This document shows positions 47,189-57,236 of a stretch of DNA of 64,000 nt, one piece after another (position 1 is the stretch's first letter; every line of letters starts with the position of its first letter). The notes under the pieces are model-generated. The model had not been told where the DNA came from. It saw only the letters and a program-made list of their open reading frames with translations, and searched no databases. The DNA lies in NCBI GenBank assembly GCA_964650285.1, contig CAZYSP010000002.1:9827-73826 (forward strand), given 5' to 3'. Source of the DNA: an uncultured Methanosarcinales archaeon. Its GTDB lineage: Archaea; Nanobdellota; Nanobdellia; Woesearchaeales; GW2011-AR4. The position numbers and the translations under genes are program-made.

Positions 47189-47521
47189 ATGGCCGAGTTT
47201 TTCTTCAAGAACTGGGCAGAGTTTTTCTTTTTTGTAGTTATGGTTATTGGACTGATTGTTGCATTGTGGGCTACAAGCTTTAGCGCGGTTATAAGCTATA
47301 TTGTTGTTTTTTTGAGCGGCATGATTGGTGGAAGATTGTTGTATGACAGGAAAAAGAATCTGACATTCCCATATTACATAATTATAATCGGGTTTTTAAT
47401 AGGATATGTTGCAGGAACTTATTATGGCAGCAGGAAAGTTGTCATTATATTGTTTATTTTTGGGATTTTGCTCAGCTACCATCTGTATAATAAAGGCTAT
47501 ATCAGGGATGTGCCTTATTGA
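47189..47521 (+). CDS. small hydrophobic membrane protein
   Basis: start set at the Met just after the upstream stop; three TM segments. Confidence 0.35.
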   Translation: MAEFFFKNWAEFFFFVVMVIGLIVALWATSFSAVISYIVVFLSGMIGGRLLYDRKKNLTFPYYIIIIGFLIGYVAGTYYGSRKVVIILFIFGILLSYHLYNKGYIRDVPY

Positions 47522-48081
47522 AGATTTATATTATGAAATTCAAGAAAATAACAAGTTCGCATTCTGAAAATTTTAATGAAATTTGGGAGCTATATGAATC
47601 TTCATTTCCACCTGATGAAAAAAGAGATTTTGAAAAACAGGTTAAAATATTTTGTAAAGAGCCATACACTTTCTATGCAGTATACAATAAAGACTTATTG
47701 ATAGGAATCATGGATATATGGAATCTTGGTAAATTTGTATTTATTGAGCATTTGGCAGTCAAAGAAAAATTGAGAGGACAAGGCTTTGGAACAAAATTGC
47801 TAAAAGACTTTATTATTCAAAGAAATAAAAAGATTATTTTAGAAGTGGAAAGGCCAAATACTAATGCAGCAAAAATAAAGATAAAATTTTATGAAAAACA
47901 AGGATTCAAACTAAATAAGTATAATTATATACAACCACCATACAATAAAGATAAGAATTCGGTGCCTTTATTCTTAATGACTTATCCTAAGGCAATAAGC
48001 AAATCTGAATTTTCAAAAATTAGGAAGAAAATCCACGCAACAGTTTATGAGTGTGAAAAACCATATCTTGGCATTAATTAA
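47518..48081 (+). CDS. GNAT-family N-acetyltransferase
   Basis: acetyl-CoA binding motif LRGQGFGTKLLKDFI. Confidence 0.75.
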   Translation: MKIYIMKFKKITSSHSENFNEIWELYESSFPPDEKRDFEKQVKIFCKEPYTFYAVYNKDLLIGIMDIWNLGKFVFIEHLAVKEKLRGQGFGTKLLKDFIIQRNKKIILEVERPNTNAAKIKIKFYEKQGFKLNKYNYIQPPYNKDKNSVPLFLMTYPKAISKSEFSKIRKKIHATVYECEKPYLGIN

Positions 48082-48146
48082 GTGGATTCTTTATTTTTCT
48101 TTAAAACTTCATAATATATATAAATAAAAACGTATTCTTAGATGAC

Positions 48147-50369
48147 ATGGTTAGTATCAAAAACTTTACTCCAAGGCTGTATCAGGAAACAATAATGGCT
48201 TCCTGCGCTAAGGGTAATTGCCTGATTATATTGCCTACTGGCTTAGGGAAAACAAAGACGGCTATATTAGCAGCTGCACAAAGGCTTAATTCTATTCCTA
48301 ACTCAAAAATACTTTTTTTGACAGTAACAAAGCCATTGGCTGAGCAAATATACAATGAGGTCAGGGACTGTATTGACCTGAATGGTGATAATATAGCATT
48401 GTTTACTGGTTCTGTTACACCAAAAAAAAGGGAAGAATTATGGGAAAATGCTGTTGTAGTTGTAAGCACACCGCAATGTATTGAGAACGATATCATAAAC
48501 AACAGGATTAATCTGGAAAATGTCTCTTTAATGATAGCTGACGAGGCGCATAATGCTGTCAAGGATTATTCTTATACGTGGGTGGCTAAGCAGTATCATA
48601 AAAAATCAAGATTTCCGAGAATAATCGGTCTGACTGCTTCTCCGGGTTCTGACCTGGAGAAAATCCAGGAGGTCTGCAAGAATCTGTATATAGAAGAGAT
48701 TGAAATAAGAACAGATAAAGATCCTGATGTCAAGCCTTATGTTCATGAAATTGAAATTAATTGGGTTAAGGTAGAACTGCCCAAGGTATTTTTAGAGACC
48801 AGGAAATATTTGCGGGATTTTTTAAATGACCGTTTAGAGAAATTAAAGAAATGGGGCATTTTGAGAAGAACAAATCTGAAGTATGTAAATAAAACAGAGC
48901 TGTTGGCTTTACAAGCACAATTACGCGGCAGAGCTTCTATTGGAGGAAAGGATTTTGTTGTGTGGACTGCAATTTCTGTTTTAGCGGAAATAATGAAAGT
49001 AAGCCATGGCCTGGAGCTTTTGGAAACACAGGGAATTATTCCTTTGTTTACCTATATGCAAAAGATGCAGCATGATGCACTTAATACAAAGGTAAAGGCT
49101 GTAAAGAATGTTGTTAAGGATTTGAACTTTCGTTCTGCATTTGTTAAAGTCTCTAAGCTTTATGAAGAAAAAGTGGAGCATCCGAAATTAATAGAACTGC
49201 AAAAAATAGTTAAGAATGAAATTGGCGAAAAAGCTGACAATAAGATGATAGTTTTCAATCAATATAGGGATAGTGCTGTTGATGTTGTAGAGAAACTTAA
49301 TTCTGTTGATGGTGTCAATGCAAAATTGTTTGTTGGGCAGTTAAAAAAAGGAGAGACCGGTTTAAGCCAGAAAGAGCAGAAAGCTGTTTTAGATGACTTT
49401 CGTGCAGGAAAGTTTAATGTCTTGGTTGCTACATCAATTGGAGAGCAGGGTTTGGATATTCCACAAGTTAATGTGGTTATTTTTTATGAACCTATTCCTT
49501 CGGCTATCAGACAAATACAAAGAAGAGGCAGAACAGGAAGGCATGAAAAAGGGAAGGTAATTGTTTTAATGACTAAGGATACAATGGATGAGGGCTTTAG
49601 ATGGTCGGCCCATCATAAAGAAAAAAGAATGTACAGGAATTTGGATAATTTAAAGGGAAAATTGACTCTATTTTTGAATACAAAAGAGGAGAAGATTACA
49701 AATTATGTGAAAGATGATAAAATAAAAATTTTTGCTGATTATAGAGAGAAAGGCTCTGGCACAATAAAAGAGCTTATTGAACTGGAAGTTGAGCTAAAGC
49801 TTGATGCTTTGCCAAATGCAGATTACATTTTAAGCTCTAGAGTGGGTGTTGAGGTCAAGACTGTAGATGATTTTGTTCAGAGCATTATTGATGGTAGGTT
49901 ATTGCAGCAGATTAAGAATCTGAGAAATAATTTTGAAAGGCCTTTACTGGTTATAGAAGGTATTGAGGACATTTATTCTGTAAGGAATGTGCATTCCAAT
50001 GCTATAAGAGGTATGCTGGCTGCTATAAGTGTAAGCTATGGTGTTCCAATTCTTTATACTAAAAATTTTAGAGATACTGCTATGTTGCTTAACATAATAG
50101 CAAAACGCGAACAGGAAGAAACTGGAAAAGATTTCTCATTACATCCACAAAAAAAAGCATTGAGCATCAAAGAGCAGCAGGAATATATTGTAAGTTCTTT
50201 GCCTGGAGTTGGCTCTGCTTTAGCAAAGCCATTGCTTAAATATTTCAAAAGCGTAAAGAATGTAATGACTGCAGAGCAAAAAGAACTTGAAAAAGTAGAG
50301 AAAATAGGAAAGAAAAAAGCAGAGAAGATAAGGGATATTGCTGATAGGGAGTACCAGACATTAGATTAA
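48147..50369 (+). CDS. hef: Hef: helicase-associated XPF/ERCC4 endonuclease for forked DNA
   Basis: N-terminal SF2 helicase (LILPTGLGKT, DEAH-type MIADEAHNA, QRRGRTGR) plus C-terminal ERCC4 nuclease (ADYILSSRVGVEVKTVDD) and HhH2. Confidence 0.85.
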   Translation: MVSIKNFTPRLYQETIMASCAKGNCLIILPTGLGKTKTAILAAAQRLNSIPNSKILFLTVTKPLAEQIYNEVRDCIDLNGDNIALFTGSVTPKKREELWENAVVVVSTPQCIENDIINNRINLENVSLMIADEAHNAVKDYSYTWVAKQYHKKSRFPRIIGLTASPGSDLEKIQEVCKNLYIEEIEIRTDKDPDVKPYVHEIEINWVKVELPKVFLETRKYLRDFLNDRLEKLKKWGILRRTNLKYVNKTELLALQAQLRGRASIGGKDFVVWTAISVLAEIMKVSHGLELLETQGIIPLFTYMQKMQHDALNTKVKAVKNVVKDLNFRSAFVKVSKLYEEKVEHPKLIELQKIVKNEIGEKADNKMIVFNQYRDSAVDVVEKLNSVDGVNAKLFVGQLKKGETGLSQKEQKAVLDDFRAGKFNVLVATSIGEQGLDIPQVNVVIFYEPIPSAIRQIQRRGRTGRHEKGKVIVLMTKDTMDEGFRWSAHHKEKRMYRNLDNLKGKLTLFLNTKEEKITNYVKDDKIKIFADYREKGSGTIKELIELEVELKLDALPNADYILSSRVGVEVKTVDDFVQSIIDGRLLQQIKNLRNNFERPLLVIEGIEDIYSVRNVHSNAIRGMLAAISVSYGVPILYTKNFRDTAMLLNIIAKREQEETGKDFSLHPQKKALSIKEQQEYIVSSLPGVGSALAKPLLKYFKSVKNVMTAEQKELEKVEKIGKKKAEKIRDIADREYQTLD

Positions 50370-50370
50370 A

Positions 50371-51099
50371 ATGGTAAGAGTAGCAGCTGCACAGATTCCA
50401 GTAACAAATAGTACATTAAAAAATTTAGACACTATAATTAACTATATTAAAAAAGCGTCATCAAAGAAAGTTGACATAGTTTGTTTTCCGGAAGCGTCAT
50501 TAATTCATTCAAAAAATAAAGATACAATTAAAAAAATTCCAATAAAAAAATATATTAATATTATAAAAAAATCATGTAAAAAGAATAAGATTCATTGTAT
50601 TTTTGGGACGAACTTGGTTGAAAAAAATAAAATCTATAATTCTGCTTTTTTTATTGATGATAAAGGCAAGGTAATTTATAGATATAATAAAGTAAATTTA
50701 TGGATTAATGAGAGAAAAAGTAAGGCCAATGGAAGAAAAAATAATGTTGTAAAGACAAAGTTTGGCAAGATTGGGATAATAATATGTTGGGATATTGCTT
50801 ATCCGGAATATGTGAAAAAGCTTGGAAAGCAAGGAGCGTGGATAATATTCTGCCCTTCTTATGTAATAAATTATAAGCGGGAATTATACTCTTATGAGCA
50901 TCTGCCTTATGCAAGGGCTTTTGAGAACTCTGCTTATTTTATCTATTGCGATGCTTATGCCAAGAATACAGTAAGGTACAGCTACATCTGCGGGCCGTCA
51001 AAGATTTATTCAAAGATAAGAAATAAAGAAGGTTTAATTGTTGCTGATTTGGACAGAAGGAAGGTTGTTGGGTTGAGAAGACATTATGGGTTGGTTTAG
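50371..51099 (+). CDS. carbon-nitrogen hydrolase (nitrilase superfamily)
   Basis: VRVAAAQIP...CFPE (catalytic Glu), IGIIICWDIAYPE (catalytic Cys region). Confidence 0.75.
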   Translation: MVRVAAAQIPVTNSTLKNLDTIINYIKKASSKKVDIVCFPEASLIHSKNKDTIKKIPIKKYINIIKKSCKKNKIHCIFGTNLVEKNKIYNSAFFIDDKGKVIYRYNKVNLWINERKSKANGRKNNVVKTKFGKIGIIICWDIAYPEYVKKLGKQGAWIIFCPSYVINYKRELYSYEHLPYARAFENSAYFIYCDAYAKNTVRYSYICGPSKIYSKIRNKEGLIVADLDRRKVVGLRRHYGLV

Positions 51100-51150
51100 T
51101 ACAATAATGAAAATTACAATAAATAAAAAAATTAAAAATATTACAAAGAA

Positions 51151-52002
51151 TTAAAATTTCATACTCTTTAATCTTTGGATTCTAATATTCATTGGCGGAT
51201 GTGTAGATAAAAGAGCCATCATTGCTCCTCCACGGAAGGGATTTGTAATAAATAAATGGGCTGTTGCTTGGTTTCCTAGTCTCATTGGATGAGTTTTTAC
51301 ATTATTCTCTAATTTTTCCAATGCTGATGCAAGGCCATTAGAATTTTGTATAATTTTTGCTCCTGTTGAATCTGCAAGATACTCGCGGCTTCTAGAGATT
51401 GCAAGCTGGATTATCATTGCAATAAGTGGAGTTACAATAGCTAAGAGTAGTAAGCTAATAATATTTCCACTATCTCTGTTTCTGCCACCAAAACCTCCAA
51501 ATATAGCTGCCCAACGGGCCATAAAAGCGACATAGGAAATTACACCTGCAATTGTTGCTGCTATGCTTGAAATTAATATATCTCTATTTTTTACATGTGA
51601 AATTTCATGAGCAATGACACCTTTAAGTTCATCATCATTTAATAAATTTAAAATTCCTTTTGTTGCTGCTACTGCTGCATGTTTTGGATTTCTGCCAGTA
51701 GCGAATGCATTTGACGCATCACTAGGTATTATGTAAACTTTGGGCATAGGAACTTTTGCTTTTTCAACAACTTCTCTCACTATTTTTAATAATCTGTGAG
51801 CTTCTGGTTCTTTTACTTCTTTAGCTTTATACATTGCCAAAACAATTTTGCCAGAAAACCAGTAAGCACCAAAATTCATTATTATTGCAAAGATAAAAGC
51901 TATTGTTAAACCACTCATACCTCCCAGTAAGTTGCCTACCCATAACAGTAAAGCGGTTAATAATCCCAACAATACAACTGTTTTTAATTGATTTACAATC
52001 AT
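51151..52002 (-). CDS. htpX: zinc metalloprotease HtpX (M48)
   Basis: HEISHVKNRD zinc-binding motif and four TM segments. Confidence 0.85.
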   Translation of the reverse strand: MIVNQLKTVVLLGLLTALLLWVGNLLGGMSGLTIAFIFAIIMNFGAYWFSGKIVLAMYKAKEVKEPEAHRLLKIVREVVEKAKVPMPKVYIIPSDASNAFATGRNPKHAAVAATKGILNLLNDDELKGVIAHEISHVKNRDILISSIAATIAGVISYVAFMARWAAIFGGFGGRNRDSGNIISLLLLAIVTPLIAMIIQLAISRSREYLADSTGAKIIQNSNGLASALEKLENNVKTHPMRLGNQATAHLFITNPFRGGAMMALLSTHPPMNIRIQRLKSMKF

Positions 52003-52083
52003 TAAAGCACCTTAGATATTATAATATATTTCTATTTAAAAATTTAATGTTTAGTTCAATGAATAAAAACCAAAACTATAAAA

Positions 52084-52557
52084 ATGAGTTTCCCTTCCTT
52101 TAATAAGGGTGGCAATATGGCAAAAGAAGAAATAACAAAAATGTTAAATCAAGCTTTAGAACTAGAGCATGCTGCAAGAATCCAGTATTTGAGCCATGCA
52201 GAACTTGTTGAAGGTGAGAATGCTGAGCCGATAGTAGCAAGGCTAAAAGAGATTGCATCTGATGAGAAAGAGCATGAAGATAAATTTAGAAATTTAATAG
52301 GAAATTTTCTTGGTGGAGTTCCCTCAATGAAAATTGTGCCTACAAAAAAAGCTAGGACAGTAAAAGAGATTCTCGAAACGAATTTGCAGGATGAAAAAAA
52401 TGCAGTAGAGGTTTACAGTAAAGTTTTGGATGCAATAAATAAAGAAAAGGGTGTTCTGCCTTATGAGTTCTTGACGCTAGAGCACGATGTAAGGCATGTA
52501 ATTATGGACGAACAGGAGCATATAGCTGAATTAAAAACATTATTAGCAATTAAATAA
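52084..52557 (+). CDS. ferritin-like/rubrerythrin-fold protein
   Basis: paired helices with LELEHAARIQY and EKEHEDKF (E..H pairs typical of a diiron ferritin-like fold). Confidence 0.45.
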   Translation: MSFPSFNKGGNMAKEEITKMLNQALELEHAARIQYLSHAELVEGENAEPIVARLKEIASDEKEHEDKFRNLIGNFLGGVPSMKIVPTKKARTVKEILETNLQDEKNAVEVYSKVLDAINKEKGVLPYEFLTLEHDVRHVIMDEQEHIAELKTLLAIK

Positions 52558-52611
52558 ATTTTTATATATAACTTTAATAACATTTAATAGTGTTATTTAC
52601 GTCACTTATTT

Positions 52612-53163
52612 CTATTTCCACTTAATTGAGCAGCCTATTGAAAAAAGAAACTCGTGTTTTGGTTTTTTGCCTTCTAAAACTGCATCTATTGCTTCATCCA
52701 TATCAAATTCTGTTGGTTTTTGATCTGGTTCCATTGCATTGTTTAGTCTTCCATGATAAACCAGTTTTTGCTCAGCATCAAATAAGAAAGGGTCTGGTGT
52801 GCATGATGCACCATAGGATTTTGCAACTTCCTGCGTTTCATCATGCAGATAAACAAAATTAAAGTTTTTTTCTTTTGCTACTTTTACCATTCCTTCAAAG
52901 CTGTCTTCTGAATATTTCTCTGATTCATTGGGATTAATTCCCACTATGACTAGGCCTTTATCTTTGTATTTTGTTTGTAAATCTTTTATTGTCTCTTGCT
53001 TGGCTTTTACATAAGGGCAATGGTTGCACATGAAAATAATTAATAGTGCTTTTGCATTCTTGAAGTCTGCAAGCGAGTATGTTTTCCCATCTATAGCTTT
53101 CAAATTAAAATCCGGGGCTTTGTCTCCTGTCTTTAGTTTTTCAAGTGATTTTAGCAGTACCAT
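52612..53163 (-). CDS. thioredoxin-fold redoxin (thiol-disulfide oxidoreductase/peroxiredoxin-like)
   Basis: redox-active CNHC motif in IFMCNHCPYV, size and pattern of AhpC/TSA-like proteins. Confidence 0.6.
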   Translation of the reverse strand: MVLLKSLEKLKTGDKAPDFNLKAIDGKTYSLADFKNAKALLIIFMCNHCPYVKAKQETIKDLQTKYKDKGLVIVGINPNESEKYSEDSFEGMVKVAKEKNFNFVYLHDETQEVAKSYGASCTPDPFLFDAEQKLVYHGRLNNAMEPDQKPTEFDMDEAIDAVLEGKKPKHEFLFSIGCSIKWK

Positions 53164-53190
53164 TTGTATTTGGAAAAACTTAGGGATTAA

Positions 53191-53562
53191 TTAATTTTGC
53201 GGTTTTACATTATTTTCCATATAAGCTGTTAGGCCTTCTATCTGCCTTAAATGGGTTTTTTCGAATAAAAAATTTCTGAAATTATTGTCTATTTTAACTC
53301 CAAATTGCTGCAGACCGGAATTTAATTTTCCATATAATTCCTTGCCTTGTTTATCCAGATCAGTTAGTATAATGCAGTTTTTGTTATTGGAAGAAATGTT
53401 TTCTATTGTTTCGAATATGGGTTTTTTGTTTAACTCAACTATGTTTTTTATTCCGAAACTTTGCAATGTAATTTTATCTTTCTTGCCTTCAACTATTACT
53501 AATGTTTCTGATTTTTTTATTTTATCGATATATTTAGAAAATTCGTTGTTTAAATTATTCAT
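53191..53562 (-). CDS. small Toprim-domain protein
   Basis: LVIVEGKKDKITL (Toprim Glu) ... ILTDLDKQGKEL (DxD). Confidence 0.5.
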   Translation of the reverse strand: MNNLNNEFSKYIDKIKKSETLVIVEGKKDKITLQSFGIKNIVELNKKPIFETIENISSNNKNCIILTDLDKQGKELYGKLNSGLQQFGVKIDNNFRNFLFEKTHLRQIEGLTAYMENNVKPQN

Positions 53563-53641
53563 TGATATTGGAATATTAATAATATTATATAAATTTTTGG
53601 AATGGTAATTATTAAATATTGCAAAAGACTACCAAAGCTCT

Positions 53642-54970
53642 ATGCTGCCATTAAATGTTACTCTGAGCTATTATAAAAGAAGGGATATACAGGAAGAGAT
53701 AATAAAAAGTGCTGAAAACAGAGAAATTGCTGTTAAATATAACGATAAATTTGGTTCTAGACCAGATGTCCTTAATAATCCTAATGATGTTTTAGAGTTG
53801 GCAAAACAAAAAGCTACTTCTTTTCATGCGTCAGAAGAGTTGTGGAGCAATCCCCTGCAATTAAATCTTAACATGAAGAGGCATGAGACTGATGAGTTAA
53901 GGATTGGCTGGGACTTGGTTTTGGATATTGATTGCAGTTTCTATGAATATTCAAAGATTGCTGCTGACTTAGTAATAAAGGCATTAAAATTCAATGAAGT
54001 AAAATCTGTATCATGCAAATTTTCCGGGAATAAGGGTTTTCATATAGGTATTCCGTTTGAGGCCTTTCCAGAAAGAATAAGGAATGAAAAAACAGCCAGT
54101 ATGTTTCCTGATGCTGCAAGAAGAATTGCTTTCTACATTAAAGAGTTAATTAAAAAACCGTTAGGAGAAAAAATAATGCAGTTTGAGAAAAATAATTTCT
54201 CAAAAATAATAGAAAAAACAAAAGAAAATCCCAATAAAATAACTTATTATGAAAAAAATAAATTTGGGGATAATATTGCAAAATTGAATGCTGAGCCTTT
54301 CTTGAATATTGACACTATATTAATTTCCTTACGTCATCTTTTCAGGATGCCTTACTCATTGCATGAGAAGTCTGGTTTGGTTTCAATACCAATAGATCCA
54401 AATAAAGTTTTAGAATTTAAAAAAGAAAATGCAGAACCGAAAAATGTAAAGATTTCTAAATTTATATTTTTAAATAAAAAAAATGTTGCTGAAGGAGATG
54501 CAAAAAAACTGATTATGCAGGCATTTGATTTTTCTTTAAATAAAGAGGAAGAGTTAAATATCGAGACAAAAAAGGATTATGAGATTAAGGATGCTATGCC
54601 TGAACAATTCTTTCCGCCATGTGTAAAATTAATAAGTAATGGATTGGCTGATGGAAGAAAACGTTCATTATTCATTTTGATAAATTTCCTGACTAGTTTA
54701 GGCTGGGGCTATAAGGAAATTGAAGATTATTTAAAAGGATGGAACAAAAAAAATACTGAGCCAATAAGGGAAAACTATCTGCTTGGTCAATTACGATATC
54801 ATAAAACACAAAAGAAAAAGATATTGCCACCTAACTGCAATAATAATATGTATTATGTTGATATAGGTGTTTGCAGACCAGATAACCTTTGTAGCAAGAT
54901 AAAGAATCCTGTAAGCTATTCTATCAGGAAGTCTGTTTTTTTGAGGAAAGAAGGGAAGAAGAAAACATAA
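53642..54970 (+). CDS. priS: DNA primase: PriS catalytic core fused to a PriL C-terminal (FPPC) Fe-S domain
   Basis: PriS motifs LVLDID, SGNKGFHI, RMPYSLHEKSG; C-terminal EQFFPPCVKL...LFILINFL...GW plus three further Cys (NC, VC, LC), as in the PriL-CTD 4Fe-4S domain. Confidence 0.8.
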   Translation: MLPLNVTLSYYKRRDIQEEIIKSAENREIAVKYNDKFGSRPDVLNNPNDVLELAKQKATSFHASEELWSNPLQLNLNMKRHETDELRIGWDLVLDIDCSFYEYSKIAADLVIKALKFNEVKSVSCKFSGNKGFHIGIPFEAFPERIRNEKTASMFPDAARRIAFYIKELIKKPLGEKIMQFEKNNFSKIIEKTKENPNKITYYEKNKFGDNIAKLNAEPFLNIDTILISLRHLFRMPYSLHEKSGLVSIPIDPNKVLEFKKENAEPKNVKISKFIFLNKKNVAEGDAKKLIMQAFDFSLNKEEELNIETKKDYEIKDAMPEQFFPPCVKLISNGLADGRKRSLFILINFLTSLGWGYKEIEDYLKGWNKKNTEPIRENYLLGQLRYHKTQKKKILPPNCNNNMYYVDIGVCRPDNLCSKIKNPVSYSIRKSVFLRKEGKKKT

Positions 54971-55173
54971 GGAAAATATAGTAACGTTTATAAATAAGAC
55001 CAGTTACCCAATTCTTGAAATTAGCCTGAAAAGATGTCCTTTTCAGTACAGTTCAACAAGACTGTTTTCTACAAGAGGATATCAATAAAAGGCTTTTTTG
55101 CATGGGCAATTGACTTATCCATTATTTACATTTGTCTATGTCATTAGAGGGGTAATAAAAGCAACATACGAAG

Positions 55174-56160
55174 ATGCCAACAATAAGAAAACCAAGAAAA
55201 GGAAGTTTACAATACTGGCCAAGGAAAAGGTCAAAGAGAGTTTTTGCTAGAGTTAGGGCTTGGAATAAAAGTAATGAAGCAAAGTTGCTTGGGTTTGCTG
55301 GCTACAAGGTGGGTATGACTCACCTGATAATTAATGACAACAGAAAAACATCAACAACAAAGGGCATGGACATTTTTTGCCCTGCTACCATCATTGAGTG
55401 CCCTCCATTAAAAACTGCTTCTATAAAATTTTACAAAAACACAATAAACGGTTCAAAACTTGTTTCTGAGGTTCCTGCTGAGAATCTTGGTAAAGAACTC
55501 GAAAGAGCTATAATATTACCAAAAAAACAGAAAAAAGAAAGCAAAGAAAAAAGTTTTCCATTAGATTTTGATTATATCAGGATGTTAGTTTATACTTCTC
55601 CCAGCCTTACTGGAATAGGCAAGAAAAAACCAGAAATGTTTGAGATTGCTATTGGTGGAAATAAAGAAGAGCAGTTAAATTACGCAAAAGAAAAACTTGG
55701 AAAGGAAATAAATGTTGTAGAAGTTTTCAAAGAAGGCCAGCAACTTGATATACATGCTGTATCAAAAGGCAAAGGTGTGCAAGGGCCTGTAAGAAGGTTT
55801 GGAATTTCGCTAAAGCATCACAAGACAGAGAAAAGCAGAAGAAATCCTGGAAGCTTAGGAGGTTGGGTAGCCCAAGGGCATATCATGTGGAGACAAGCTA
55901 AAGCTGGGAAGATGGGCTATCATCCAAGAACAGAGTACAACAAATTGCTTTTGAAAATTGGCAATTCAGATGAAATAAACAAAAAGGGCGGTTTTGAAAA
56001 GTATGGTGTTATAAAGAATAATTATATCCTTGTTAAGGGTTCTGTGATTGGAACTAAAAAAAGATTGATAAGAATAAATGAGCCTATTAGGCCTGATAAA
56101 GGTATACCCAATACCCCTCCAACCATACAATACAGGAATTTAGAACAGGAATCTTCGTAA
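55174..56160 (+). CDS. rpl3: 50S ribosomal protein L3
   Basis: FAGYKVGMTHL, archaeal L3 pattern; first gene of the rp operon. Confidence 0.9.
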   Translation: MPTIRKPRKGSLQYWPRKRSKRVFARVRAWNKSNEAKLLGFAGYKVGMTHLIINDNRKTSTTKGMDIFCPATIIECPPLKTASIKFYKNTINGSKLVSEVPAENLGKELERAIILPKKQKKESKEKSFPLDFDYIRMLVYTSPSLTGIGKKKPEMFEIAIGGNKEEQLNYAKEKLGKEINVVEVFKEGQQLDIHAVSKGKGVQGPVRRFGISLKHHKTEKSRRNPGSLGGWVAQGHIMWRQAKAGKMGYHPRTEYNKLLLKIGNSDEINKKGGFEKYGVIKNNYILVKGSVIGTKKRLIRINEPIRPDKGIPNTPPTIQYRNLEQESS

Positions 56161-56161
56161 G

Positions 56162-56968
56162 ATGAAACTCAATATTTTTGATATTTCAAAGAGAAAAACA
56201 GGAGAAGTAGATTTACCTTCACAGTTTAATGAGGACGTAAGGGCGGATTTGATAAAAAGGGCTTTTCTTGCTTTACAGAGTAATAAAAGACATCCTTATG
56301 GAGCCATGGCTGAAGCTGGAAAAAGGGCGTCTGCAAAACTTTCAAAAAGAAGGAGAAAATACAGAGGAATGTATGGTTTTGGTATATCTAGGACTCCTAG
56401 GAAAATTTTGTCGAGAAGGGGTACAAGGATGTATTGGGTTGGTGCTTTTTCACCAAATACTGTTGGGGGAAGAAGGGCACATCCTCCAAAGTCTGAAAAG
56501 ATTCTTAGTAAAAAAATAAACAAGAAAGAGAGGAAAAAGGCAATAAGAATGGGAATTTCAGCTACAGTAAGAAACGATTTGGTAAAAAGCAGAGGACATA
56601 TTGTACCAGAAGGTTATCCTTTTGTATTAGATAAAAATTTTGAGGTTTTGAAGAAGACGAAAGATGTAAGAGATGTTTTAAAGAATTTTGGTCTTGAGAA
56701 AGAATTAGAGAGAGTAGGCAAAAAAAAGATTAGAGCTGGGAAAGGTAAATCAAGAGGAAGAAAATACAAAATAAAAAAGGGTCCATTGATTGTTGTTTCA
56801 GAAAATAGCAAGTTAGTAAAAATTGTAAATAATATTCCCGGAGTTAATGTTGTTGATGTAAAGAGTCTAAATGTTGGGTTGCTTGCTCCAGGAAACGTGC
56901 CTGGAAGATTGACATTATGGACTATGGTAGCGATTGAAACTTTGGAAAAAGAGGGGTTGTTTAAGTAA
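56162..56968 (+). CDS. rpl4: 50S ribosomal protein L4
   Basis: operon position and L4 features (RGGGRKP-like basic loops). Confidence 0.85.
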   Translation: MKLNIFDISKRKTGEVDLPSQFNEDVRADLIKRAFLALQSNKRHPYGAMAEAGKRASAKLSKRRRKYRGMYGFGISRTPRKILSRRGTRMYWVGAFSPNTVGGRRAHPPKSEKILSKKINKKERKKAIRMGISATVRNDLVKSRGHIVPEGYPFVLDKNFEVLKKTKDVRDVLKNFGLEKELERVGKKKIRAGKGKSRGRKYKIKKGPLIVVSENSKLVKIVNNIPGVNVVDVKSLNVGLLAPGNVPGRLTLWTMVAIETLEKEGLFK

Positions 56969-56969
56969 A

Positions 56970-57227
56970 ATGGATCCGTACAAAATTATCAAATATCCTT
57001 TGTCAACAGAGAAATCAATAAGGCTTATGGAGAGCCAGAATAAGTTGATTTTTGTAGTAGATATAGACGCTGATAAGAATATGATAAAAAATGCTGTCGA
57101 GAAGATGTTCAAAGTCAAAGTTGAAGATGTACGAACATATGTGCATGGCGGAGAAAAAAGGGCGTATGTAAAATTTTCAAATGAAAATCCTGCCATTGAT
57201 ATAGCAACTCAATTAGGCTTAATGTAG
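56970..57227 (+). CDS. rpl23: 50S ribosomal protein L23
   Basis: MDPYKIIKYPLSTEKS..., start at ATG 56970 just after the L4 stop. Confidence 0.85.
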   Translation: MDPYKIIKYPLSTEKSIRLMESQNKLIFVVDIDADKNMIKNAVEKMFKVKVEDVRTYVHGGEKRAYVKFSNENPAIDIATQLGLM

Positions 57228-57236
57228 GTGATGTAA

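Noticed and set aside
53191-53562. Small Toprim protein as a DnaG primase
   Set aside because: At 123 aa it is far too short for DnaG; only the Toprim core is present, so it is called a generic Toprim-domain protein.
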